DNA of 64,000 nt from Dehalococcoidia bacterium. GTDB lineage: Bacteria > Chloroflexota > Dehalococcoidia > SHYD01. A program made the position numbers and the translations under genes. The stretch's first letter is position 1. Every line of letters begins with the position of its first letter. This document shows, piece after piece, positions 1 through 8,219 of this stretch. Location of the stretch: assembly GCA_965226775.1 (NCBI GenBank), contig CBDDEI010000002.1, positions 269,638 through 333,637 of the forward strand. Reading direction: 5' to 3'. The notes under the pieces are model-generated. The model made no database searches and was not told the origin of the DNA. It saw only the letters and a list, made by a program, of their open reading frames with translations.

Positions 1-155
1 GCCGCGATCGCGGTAAAGCCGCAGGCAGAGGCGCGCCTTCTCTTCGTCGTCATCCAGCGATGGGTAGAGCGGGTGCACTGAGTTCGCCCGTCGAGTATAG
101 CCAGCAGCGAACCGCAACGCCCAGCCGTCGTACAGGATGGTTTCCAGGCTCGGCC
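1..155 (-). CDS. GNAT-like N-acetyltransferase, N-terminal fragment (gene runs off left edge)
   Basis: Reverse-strand translation from the ATG at 155-153 gives MNAWPSLETILYDGWALRFAAGYTRRANSVHPLYPSLDDDEEKARLCLRLY. This resembles the N-terminus of a GNAT-related acetyltransferase family (DGW.LR..GYT.RANSV). It is truncated by the window edge. Confidence 0.45.
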
Positions 156-230
156 AGGCATTCATGGACAGCTCCTCTAGCCGTCGTATGTAGCTGTCTG
201 AGACCCCGACTGCGCGGGTGAAGGGCGCAG

Positions 231-569
231 TCACTGAACTGCGTCGAAGACGGCTGCGAGGCGCTTCGGTGCAGTGCGGCGCCACGCATCGACAACCAGC
301 TCCCGCATGATGTCGGGCTCAACCGAGGCAAGTTGCACCGTCACCCAGCCAAAGCGGCCGACATACGAAGACATCGAGAACGTGCTCGGATCCATGTCGA
401 TGAGCGCCTGCTGATCGACTGGGCTGGCCTTGACGCTGGCGGCAGGCGGGTCGCCGCTGGTAACAACGAAGATCTTATTCCGGACACGAAAGGTTAAGTC
501 GCCCCACGTTTCGCGCTCCTCCGCCTCAGGCATGGAGAGCGCTAACGCCCGCAGCTCTTCAGAGGTCAC
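231..569 (-). CDS. MmcQ/YjbR family DNA-binding protein
   Basis: The C-terminal 113 aa of ORF 231..776 (VTSEELRALALSMPEAEERETWGDLTFRVRNKIFVV...) match the YjbR/MmcQ fold pattern. A GTG start at 569 lies 4 nt after the stop of the upstream comM-like gene. The long N-terminal extension in the ORF track overlaps that gene and is rejected. Confidence 0.55.
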   Translation of the reverse strand: MTSEELRALALSMPEAEERETWGDLTFRVRNKIFVVTSGDPPAASVKASPVDQQALIDMDPSTFSMSSYVGRFGWVTVQLASVEPDIMRELVVDAWRRTAPKRLAAVFDAVQ

Positions 570-573
570 TGCT

Positions 574-2097
574 TCAGCTCCAATCGCGGGGGCGGTACTG
601 GATGGCCTCAGCCAGATGCATTGACGAGATCGCCTCCGCGCCCGCCAGGTCCGCGATGGTACGGGAGACCTTGAGGATACGGTGAAACGCCCTCGCCGAG
701 AGCTGGAGCTGCTGCATCGCCGCGCGGAGGAGGGTCTGCGCGTCCGGCTCCACCGCGCAGTACTGGCGGACTTCAACTGCAGTCATATCGGCGTTTGCGC
801 CCAGGCGCGTACCGGCAAAGCGTTGCCGTTGTAGCGTGCGGGCAGCATCTACACGCGCACGGATGGAGGTGGAGGGCTCACCGGCCGAGACGTCGGCCAG
901 CTTGTCATACTCCACCCGCGGCACCTGCACAAAAATATCGATGCGGTCCATCAACGGCCCGCTAATCCGCTTCTGATAACGGTTCACAGCGCCGGAGCTG
1001 CAGGTGCACTCCTTCACCGGGTCGCCATAATAGCCGCACGGGCACGGGTTCATCGCCGCGATGAGCATGAAATTGGCGGGAAAACTCACCGAGCCGTTCG
1101 CCCGGCTGATGGTGACCACCCGGTCCTCCAATGGCTGGCGCAGCACTTCCAGGTCCGCCTGACCAAACTCGGGCAGCTCATCCAGAAAAAGGACGCCAAA
1201 GTGGCTCATGGTGATCTCTCCGGGCCGCGGGATACGGCCGCCACCCACTAGGCCGGCTTGAGAGATGGTGTAATGCGGCGCTCTGAAGGGTCGTTGGCGA
1301 ATAATGGGAGTGTCGCCCGGCAGCATGCCGCTCACACTGTAGATCTTGGTCACTTCCAGCGCTTCCTCAGGGGTGAAGGGCGGCAGAATGGAAGGCAGAC
1401 AGCGGGCCAAGAAAGTCTTGCCGCTCCCAGGCGGGCCGCTCATGACCAGGTTGTGCCCGCCCGCGGCCGCCACCTCCAGCGCACGCTTTACGTGTTCCTG
1501 CCCCTTCACGTGCTGAAAGTCCATACTGAACTCATCCTCCGCCGGCGCAGCCAGCACATCCTCATCAGTATGGAATGGCTCAATCTGGCGCTCGCCCCGC
1601 AGGTGCGCCACCAGATCAGCAAGCGTTGGGACGGGGTAGACCTCCGGGCCTTGCAGCAGCGCCGCCTCCCGCGCGTCTACCTCCGGCACAAAGACGCGAC
1701 GAATGTGCTGCTCCTGCGCTAGGGCCACCATGGACAGGATGCCAGCGGTATGCCGCAGCGTCCCTTCTAATGAGAGCTCACCCAGGAAGAGGGCAGGCTC
1801 CTCCAACAGCGGCGCTTGTTCAGAGCTCATCAGTACGCCCACCGCGATGGGCAGGTCGTAGGCCGGGCCCTCCTTCTTGAGGTCGGCGGGGGCCAGATTC
1901 ACGGTGATGCGCCGGGAAGGGAAGGTGCAGCCGGAGTTGCGGATGGCAAACCGCACCCGCTCCCTGGCTTCCTGCACCGCCGTGTCCGGCAGGCCCACGA
2001 TCAAGAAGTTGGGCAGGCCGGGCGCCATGTCCACTTCAACCTGGACTAAGGCCCCTTCCAGCCCAACCACCGCGCTGGTGTGCACTTTAGCAAGCAT
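574..2097 (-). CDS. comM: YifB/ComM family Mg-chelatase-like AAA+ ATPase
   Basis: The 507-aa protein has the N-terminal Lon-like ChlI domain (VGLEGALVQVEVDMAPGLPNFLIVGLPDTAVQEARERVRFAIRNSG). It has Walker A GPPGSGKT and a C-terminal Mg-chelatase C-terminal domain, and is full length. Confidence 0.9.
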   Translation of the reverse strand: MLAKVHTSAVVGLEGALVQVEVDMAPGLPNFLIVGLPDTAVQEARERVRFAIRNSGCTFPSRRITVNLAPADLKKEGPAYDLPIAVGVLMSSEQAPLLEEPALFLGELSLEGTLRHTAGILSMVALAQEQHIRRVFVPEVDAREAALLQGPEVYPVPTLADLVAHLRGERQIEPFHTDEDVLAAPAEDEFSMDFQHVKGQEHVKRALEVAAAGGHNLVMSGPPGSGKTFLARCLPSILPPFTPEEALEVTKIYSVSGMLPGDTPIIRQRPFRAPHYTISQAGLVGGGRIPRPGEITMSHFGVLFLDELPEFGQADLEVLRQPLEDRVVTISRANGSVSFPANFMLIAAMNPCPCGYYGDPVKECTCSSGAVNRYQKRISGPLMDRIDIFVQVPRVEYDKLADVSAGEPSTSIRARVDAARTLQRQRFAGTRLGANADMTAVEVRQYCAVEPDAQTLLRAAMQQLQLSARAFHRILKVSRTIADLAGAEAISSMHLAEAIQYRPRDWS

Positions 2098-2233
2098 TTT
2101 GGCAATCCATCACTAGGCGAAGCATAGCAGCGTAGCTAGTCGTGCCAAGAGAACCTAGCCAGCAAGAATACTTGACATTTAGTTTTACTACTTTACCATG
2201 TAAATATGGTATTACTATGACTGAAGGCATAGT

Positions 2234-2533
2234 ATGGTCACCACTAAGCCGATAACTATTGCTGACGAAGTATGGATAGCCACAGCATTACTCCATCGTG
2301 AGCAGCCGGATCGTGCTGATTTTACCATCCACGAGATCCAGGAACGCGTCACCGCCACTAGCGGGAGTAGTCCGCGCTGGCATTTTGCCACACATCTATC
2401 TCCATTGCGTGGCCAAATCTCCAAACCCAGCCAGACTCTGCACCTTGCAACAACCAAAGTACTCGTCGTCTCTGGCGTCCGGGAGACCCATGTCACCCAG
2501 ATAGGACCAAGGGACGGCAGCGTCCGGATGTAG
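2234..2533 (+). CDS. hypothetical protein in low-GC insert
   Basis: 99-aa ORF in a local AT-rich stretch (2100-2700). A perfect TTGACA hexamer lies at 2172-2177 upstream. No recognisable domain. Confidence 0.3.
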   Translation: MVTTKPITIADEVWIATALLHREQPDRADFTIHEIQERVTATSGSSPRWHFATHLSPLRGQISKPSQTLHLATTKVLVVSGVRETHVTQIGPRDGSVRM

Positions 2534-2704
2534 AGGTCATCCCCTTGCGCTACCGTGACCTACTTACCTGGTACTTCACGGAGTATGCCGTTCAAGGGGG
2601 CTCTTCGAAACAGATCCAATTCTCGCTCTCAGAGGTCTTGGGAAAGGCTACTTGGGTGACGAACACCCTGACGATTACGTTCGACGCTTGAGACAGGGCT
2701 GGGA

Positions 2705-3144
2705 ATGAGCAGAATCTTCTGGGACACAAACATCTTTGTAGAAGACTACCCCGTATTATCCACCCACGCCTTTGAGTTACGAGAGCGCATGTTAGAAAGA
2801 AATGACCAACTCTTTACTTCAACCATGACCCTTGGAGAATTACTCATAAAACCGCTAGAGGTAGGAGATAAAGACGGCGTTCTGAAATATCAAACGTTGC
2901 ACTGGCACGGCCACCCATTGAGCTGGCGGGTAGCGCGCGTCAGTCGGAAGGAAGAAGGGGTGAAGCGGTGCGCTCTAGGCGGCGGCGCACATTGGCCCGG
3001 AGCATAAGGCCGCCCGACGCCATTCAACTAGCCTGTGCCTCAACGGCAGACATCGATCTCTTTATTACCAACGATGAGCGACTAAGCCAGAAGAACGTGC
3101 CCGGAATCCAGTTCTTAGTCTCGTTCGATAGTGCCTTTCTCTAA
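2705..3144 (+). pseudogene. PIN-domain (VapC-like) toxin gene interrupted by a 90-bp repeat element
   Basis: The N-terminus MSRIFWDTNIFVED... is a typical PIN start and runs to ...KYQTL at about 2900. Then the 90-bp repeat (2908-2997) supplies a foreign in-frame tail and stop. The authentic C-terminus (DAIQLACASTADIDLFITNDERLSQKNVPGIQFLVSFDSAFL*) continues in a different frame from 2998 to the stop at 3142-3144. Confidence 0.6.
2908..2997. repeat. 90-bp repeat element, copy A (inside VapC pseudogene)
   Basis: About 94% identical to 3258-3346. It contains an internal GTGCGC...GCGCAC inverted repeat. Confidence 0.7.
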
Positions 3145-3257
3145 CGGCTTCCTTCACTACACACCTCCCATGGGCCACAGCCGTCCTGTAGCCTCACCCT
3201 ACTAGTACGTGGCCTGGCAACGCGTGGGAGTGACCGGACACACCAAAGAAAGCAGCG

Positions 3258-3346
3258 CCGCCACCCTTGAGCTGGCGGGTACTGCGCGTCAGTCGGAAGG
3301 AAGAACGGGTGAAGCAGTGCGCTCTAGGCGGCGGCGCACACTGGCC
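3258..3346. repeat. 90-bp repeat element, copy B (forms 3' end of the M42 peptidase ORF)
   Basis: Same element as 2908-2997 in the same orientation. The last 19 codons and the stop of ORF 3289..4416 are encoded by it. Confidence 0.7.
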
Positions 3347-4416
3347 GGCACTTGGCCGTAGCGCTCCCGGAGCGTATTGCTGATAGGCTCGGCGCACGCC
3401 TCTGCTGCGGCAAGGAGCAGCGCGCCCGCTCCCGCAAAGTCACTCCGGTGGATGTTCTCCAGAGAAAGCGTGCCGTCGTCGCCCATATTGTGATAGTTGC
3501 CCAGAGGCAGGGCCACCCCGGTAGTGGTGTAGCCAAACGCGCTGAACATAGTAGCCTCGCAGGTGCCGCCGTTCATGAGCTGGCGCTGCACCTTGAACCC
3601 CTGGTCGGTCTCCCGCAGCCGGGCCCAGCCCGCGTGCAGGATCGCCTCGGCCTCTGCATGAAAGGTGCTGCGAAAATCGCCCACGCGGATAACCGGACCG
3701 CCGCCCTGCACCGCGCCGGGGAGGGTGCGGCTGGCCTCTACGGACACAATGAGCGTGCGCTTGGGTATGCGGCGGCTCCGCGCAACCAACGCCGCGCCTT
3801 GCAGGCCCACCTCCTCAGCGCGCGTGAAAACGCCGTAGAAGTCCGCCGGACCGCCGTGCTCCTGCAAACGGGCGAGGGTCGAGAGGGTGAGCGCACAGCC
3901 GCCCAGGTCGTCCACTGCTCGCAGGTGCAGGTAGTCACCACGCACCTCAAAGTCGGCCATCTCCCACACACCCCAATCGTCCGGCTCTAGTGCGCTCTCT
4001 GCCTGGATAGAGAGCGTGGTGCGCGCCGTCGCAGGATCAGTGGTGGCTTCAACTAAGCGGCCTGGAACGACCCCTGCTTTGCTCATGACCCGCAGCGCGG
4101 TGTTGGGCGTGAGATAGGGTACCAGCGCTGTGCCGCCGCCCAAGAGCAGCGCCTGGTGCTCACCACGGTCATGGGCGATCACCTCAAATGCTGGGTGATC
4201 CATGTGGGCCACCAACGCCACCGGGCGATGCGCCTGGCCCCGGACGTAATGGGCGATGATGTTGCCGTAACGGTCCACGTGATATGGGACGCCGAGGAGT
4301 GCTAGGTGCGCCTTGATAACGCCTGCGACTCCCTCCTCATGGAAGGGCGCTGCGGGATGGGCAGCCAGTTCTTGGAGCGTCTGCTCCGCGGCTATAGCGG
4401 GGTCAGCAGCAGCCAT
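3289..4416 (-). CDS. M42 family metallopeptidase (FrvX/glutamyl aminopeptidase-like)
   Basis: 375 aa with M42 signatures (HMDHPAF..., GGGTALVPY..., DDLGGCA, EEVGLQGA, NGGTCEA). The C-terminal tail is encoded by the repeat element. Confidence 0.8.
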   Translation of the reverse strand: MAAADPAIAAEQTLQELAAHPAAPFHEEGVAGVIKAHLALLGVPYHVDRYGNIIAHYVRGQAHRPVALVAHMDHPAFEVIAHDRGEHQALLLGGGTALVPYLTPNTALRVMSKAGVVPGRLVEATTDPATARTTLSIQAESALEPDDWGVWEMADFEVRGDYLHLRAVDDLGGCALTLSTLARLQEHGGPADFYGVFTRAEEVGLQGAALVARSRRIPKRTLIVSVEASRTLPGAVQGGGPVIRVGDFRSTFHAEAEAILHAGWARLRETDQGFKVQRQLMNGGTCEATMFSAFGYTTTGVALPLGNYHNMGDDGTLSLENIHRSDFAGAGALLLAAAEACAEPISNTLRERYGQVPASVRRRLERTASPVLPSD

Positions 4417-4475
4417 AGGGGCCTTTCTAGGGAGAGCGTTGCGCCTCCCTGGGCGTCTGATGATGCCCGGAGCGC

Positions 4476-5612
4476 CTAAATCACCTCACGCATCACGAGG
4501 AACAGATGATAGTAGAGCTTAGACACTTCCCGCAAGAGCTCGGAACCCTCTGCACTGGCATCGGGATGCATGTGCTTGAACAGTGAAAACTCCGTGTAGT
4601 GCTTGTCTGGGTAGCCTGCCAGCGCGTCTAAGAGCCGCCGGCTTTCCGTGTGCGGGATGTAGGTGTCGTTGCGGTCATGCATGATGAAGATCTGCGCCTC
4701 TAGCCGCTCCAAGGAGCCGTTAAGCGATAGCCGCTCGAAACGCTCTCGCATAGACTGCGGCAGCGCCTTATACAGCGCATCGTACCGCTCGGGATCGTCG
4801 TTCGTGACGATATCGTACACAGCCCGCGCCTCCTGGGAGAGGAACGTCAGCTCATAATCACTGAGCAGCGTGCCCCGCGCTACTACCTGCCCCATCATCG
4901 CCCGTTCTTCGGGGGAAGTCAGCGCTGCGCCGAACTGCTGCAACAACCACAGGTACGCATCGGCGTTCGGCTCCCATGTCTCCACGGTATCCCCAACTGC
5001 TATCTGATGTGTGGTCATCGCGCTGAGCAAGCTTCTCGCGGAGTAGTATCCAGCAAAGAAGTTCACAAACTTCACCTGGGCGCTGATACGCGGATCCGCC
5101 GCCGCCAGCAGCGATACCGATGACCCAACACAGTACCCAACAAAGCCAACCCGATCGGGATCGGTGTAAGCAGCATCTCGGAGATAGCTGAACGCGCCTA
5201 CCAGCAGATCCACCTCTTGCAGGGTCAGCACCCCCTCCTGCAACTGCGCCGGCGCCGCCACCAGCACGACCACCCCTTCTCGGGCCAGCGCCCTCGCAAA
5301 GCGGTGGAGGGTTGAGTCCTCCATGTCCGGGTTGATGCCCAGGAACATGAGGATTGCGCCGTGCTGGTTATCGTCGTCAGGGCGGTAGAGCACGCCGTTG
5401 CCTGTGCCGCCGGAGTAGGGGAACTGGACGCGCTGCTCTAACGGCGCAGTTGTGAAACGCTCTAGCGGCTGTACGGGCGCGTTGGGCAGCACTTCCGGCA
5501 GCAGCAGCGCGGTGGCGATGGCCGCACGGCCTTCCCGGGTGACCATCAGGATCACGCTCATTGCCGTTAAGAGCAGCAAGAGTCCTATGAAGAGGTTTCT
5601 GAGAAAGGTCAT
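4476..5612 (-). CDS. alpha/beta-hydrolase family protein with N-terminal transmembrane anchor
   Basis: 378 aa. N-terminal hydrophobic helix MTFLRNLFIGLLLLLTAMSVILMV. A nucleophile-elbow-like GYCVGSS motif. A C-terminal histidine region (HDRNDTYIPH). Confidence 0.55.
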   Translation of the reverse strand: MTFLRNLFIGLLLLLTAMSVILMVTREGRAAIATALLLPEVLPNAPVQPLERFTTAPLEQRVQFPYSGGTGNGVLYRPDDDNQHGAILMFLGINPDMEDSTLHRFARALAREGVVVLVAAPAQLQEGVLTLQEVDLLVGAFSYLRDAAYTDPDRVGFVGYCVGSSVSLLAAADPRISAQVKFVNFFAGYYSARSLLSAMTTHQIAVGDTVETWEPNADAYLWLLQQFGAALTSPEERAMMGQVVARGTLLSDYELTFLSQEARAVYDIVTNDDPERYDALYKALPQSMRERFERLSLNGSLERLEAQIFIMHDRNDTYIPHTESRRLLDALAGYPDKHYTEFSLFKHMHPDASAEGSELLREVSKLYYHLFLVMREVI

Positions 5613-5713
5613 AGTTCTACAGCTACTAAAGCCGCCTCTCCTTCACGATGGAAGCGTTCATGCGTATTACGTTGACAGGCGAGCAAGGCTGTCCATAAGA
5701 TACGTCCGTGGGT

Positions 5714-5789
5714 GCGGGTGTAGCTCAGCTGGCAGAGCGCTTGCTTCCCAAGCAAGATGTCGAGGGTTCGAATCCCTTCACCCGCTCCA
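5714..5789 (+). tRNA. tRNA-Gly (CCC)
   Basis: GCGGGTGTAGCTCAGCTGGCAGAGCGCTTGCTTCCCAAGCAAG...GGTTCGAATCCCTTCACCCGCTCCA. The 7-bp acceptor GCGGGTG/CACCCGC, anticodon loop TTCCCAA, T-loop GGTTCGAATCC and encoded CCA are all present. Confidence 0.85.
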
Positions 5790-5911
5790 GGAGTCTTTGC
5801 TGTATATCATACAAGACCCCGCCTCAGCATGGAGCATCCAACCACCCAGTGATGCTCTCTTTGCTATCCCCAGTTCTAGCGGCGCACAAAGCGACCCTTC
5901 CTAAACAGTAG

Positions 5912-6538
5912 ATGCACCCTTCCCTCGTCGCCTGGCAGCAACCTACTGACGCCGCAGCGGAGGCCTTCCGCCAGCTCAGCGCTATCGTCGCGGCCGCGCC
6001 TGATAGCGCGCTCAAGAGCATCGGGGTCACAGCGCCGACGGACGGCACGGGAAGGAGCGCTGTGGCCGCCAATCTGGCCGTAGCTCTGACCCAGAGCGGC
6101 AAGCGGGTAACCCTGGTGGACGGCGACTTGCGAATGCCCACGCTCCACACCCTCTTCGAGGCCGATAACACCGCCGGATTGAGCGCGGTCCTCCTTGGCA
6201 GCGCGGATGCCCGGGCTGCTCTCCGGGACAGCGGCATCCCGCAGCTTGCCCTGTTGCCCGCCGGACCCGCAACCCAGGACTCCCACCAACTCCTGGCCGG
6301 CCCAGCCAAAGCCACGCTGCTCCAATCCCTGACACAGCAGGCAGACTACGTTGTCCTGAACCTACCGCCGGTGCTCGGCCGCAGCGATGCGTTAGAGCTC
6401 GCGCCGTTACTGGATGGCGTGTTCCTGCTGTTGAGAGCGGGCTCCAGCAGCACAGCAGACGGGCAGAAGGCCGCAAGCCTGCTCCGGCAAGTGAACGTCA
6501 ATGTTCTTGGCATTCTCCTGAGCAACGCCGCTCCGTGA
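5912..6538 (+). CDS. BY-kinase/CpsD-CapB-like P-loop ATPase domain protein with degenerate Walker A
   Basis: 208 aa. ...EAFRQLSAIV...IGVTAPTDGTGRSAVAANLAVALTQSGKRVTLVDGDLRMPTLHTLF matches the MinD/ParA-type BY-kinase catalytic domain. GEGKST is replaced by TDGTGRS. There is no Wzz N-terminal membrane domain. Confidence 0.55.
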   Translation: MHPSLVAWQQPTDAAAEAFRQLSAIVAAAPDSALKSIGVTAPTDGTGRSAVAANLAVALTQSGKRVTLVDGDLRMPTLHTLFEADNTAGLSAVLLGSADARAALRDSGIPQLALLPAGPATQDSHQLLAGPAKATLLQSLTQQADYVVLNLPPVLGRSDALELAPLLDGVFLLLRAGSSSTADGQKAASLLRQVNVNVLGILLSNAAP

Positions 6539-6595
6539 GCCGGTCGTCTAGCTCCGCTGCCGCATCTCCTCCACTATCGCATCACCCTGGCTACC

Positions 6596-8196
6596 GTGTC
6601 CCGTAACCTCCCAACGTGGTTCTGGGGCTGGTCCGCAGCCGTCCTGGCGGCAGCAGCGCTACCCTACCTGCTCGCGTGGGCGCTGGCGCCTAACGGCTAC
6701 CAGTTTACCGGCATGCTGGCGAACCCCCAGGACGGCTACTCCTATGTGGCCAAGATACGCCTGGCCGCCGAGGGCGGCTCGAGCGGCTGGAGCGGCTGGC
6801 TGCCCTACGCCATCCATGCCTATGGCGATGCCCCCATCTATCCGCAGTACGTGCTTTTGGGGAAGGTGAGCGCCGTCACTGGCGCACCGCCAGTTTTGGT
6901 CTATCATGGCGCAAGGGTTGCCGCCGCGGCGTTCCTGTTAGCCATGACCTTGCTCCTACTCAATCAACTTATCAAAAGCGAAGAGGCGCGCAAGACCGCG
7001 TTCATCTTTGCTGCGGTTGGGGGTGGCCTCACCTGGCTCACCGTGCCCTTTGGCGCGCTGGGATCAGACGTTACCATCCCCGAGTCGACGACCTTCGGCG
7101 GCAGCTTCGCTAACCCCCACTTCCCTATGGCAACCGGCCTGCTGTTCCTGGTGGCGATGGCAGCCCTCCGAGGCCCCCTCAGCAGCCCGCGCCTCGCCTT
7201 CACCGGCCTCCTCGCGAACCTCGCCGCCATCGCTATGCAGCCCTTCCTGTGGGTTACCCAGGTGGCGGTCGGCAGCGTATGGGCGGCGCTCATGATAGGC
7301 AAGGGGCGCACAACCCCCTCAGCCGTGCTGGCGCGCTGGCTATCGGCGGCTCTCCTCCTGGCCCCGTCGGCCCTCCTGCTGCTGCTTCTGGCGCGCGCGC
7401 TCTACGGAGACCCCGTCCTAGCCCAGTGGAGCGCGCAGAATGTGACGCTCTCGCCACCGCCTGCCACTTATCTCATTGGCTATGGCGCGCTGCTGCCTCC
7501 TGCGCTGGCGGGCCTGTGGACGCTGTGGCGCACACCGGACGAGGCGGGGTGCCCCCTCGCGCCGCGCTCTTCGTCATCGCGTGGGCTGTCGCCGGATGCG
7601 CGCTGCTCTACGCGCCCGCGCCCTTCCAGCGCCGCCTCAGTGAGGGCTTGCAGCTTCCCATCGCCGTCTTGGCCGCAGCCGGGATTCACAGTCCGCTGCT
7701 CGCCGCCCTGGGCGAAGCGTGGCGTAGGAGGACACGGCTGCTGGTTACGGCCATCGGGTGCGCGAGCATCTTCTGGCTCACCTACACCAGCGTGGCGGGC
7801 GCGCTCCTGCTGCGGGACGGCTTCTACTTGAGCGACGATGATGCCGCGGCCCTGACCTGGCTGACCGACAACGCTATCCGCGACGACCTGCTGCTGGCCG
7901 CGCCCGTCATCGGCAACGTCGCGCCGGTCTACGGTCCCGCCCGCGTCTACTGGGGCCATCCCTATGAGACGCCCACCGCGGCCTTGCGAGAAGCCGCCGT
8001 ACGCCGCTTCTACCAGCCCGAGACTGCAACCGCCGAGCGCTGCCGCATCCTAACCGAAGGCGATGTTACTCTCATCTACGCGGGCCCAAACGAGGCGCGT
8101 CTAGGCGGCGCAAGGCTGGACGATCAGGCGCTGGGGCTGGCATCGGTCTACGAAAATTCGAGCGTCACCATCTATCAGCGCGCGTCCGCCTGCTAG
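6596..8196 (+). CDS. polytopic membrane protein, putative GT-C-like glycosyltransferase (frameshifted near 7545-7560)
   Basis: ORF 6596..7831 is coherent and membrane-like up to ...LWRTPDEAG, then becomes P/S/R-rich nonsense. Frame-shifted ORF 7249..8196 becomes coherent from ...PRAALFVIAWAVAGCALLYAPAPF onward. The break is a 1-nt indel in GAGGCGGGGTGCCCCCTCGC. Merged length is about 530 aa. Confidence 0.5.
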
Positions 8197-8219
8197 ATAC
8201 GGACACTGGACACCGAGCC

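Noticed and set aside
50-776. ORFs 50..331(-), the long form of 231..776(-), and 430..624(+)
   Set aside because: They overlap the GNAT fragment, the YjbR gene and the comM stop in other frames. Their products are Arg/Ser/Pro-rich, which is typical of spurious frames in GC-rich DNA. Only the C-terminal 113 aa of 231..776 is retained, as the YjbR-like gene with a GTG start.
2370-2691. Stop-free frame immediately upstream of the VapC start, considered as a possible VapB antitoxin
   Set aside because: It contains no ATG/GTG/TTG start in frame and has no recognisable antitoxin fold. It was left unannotated.
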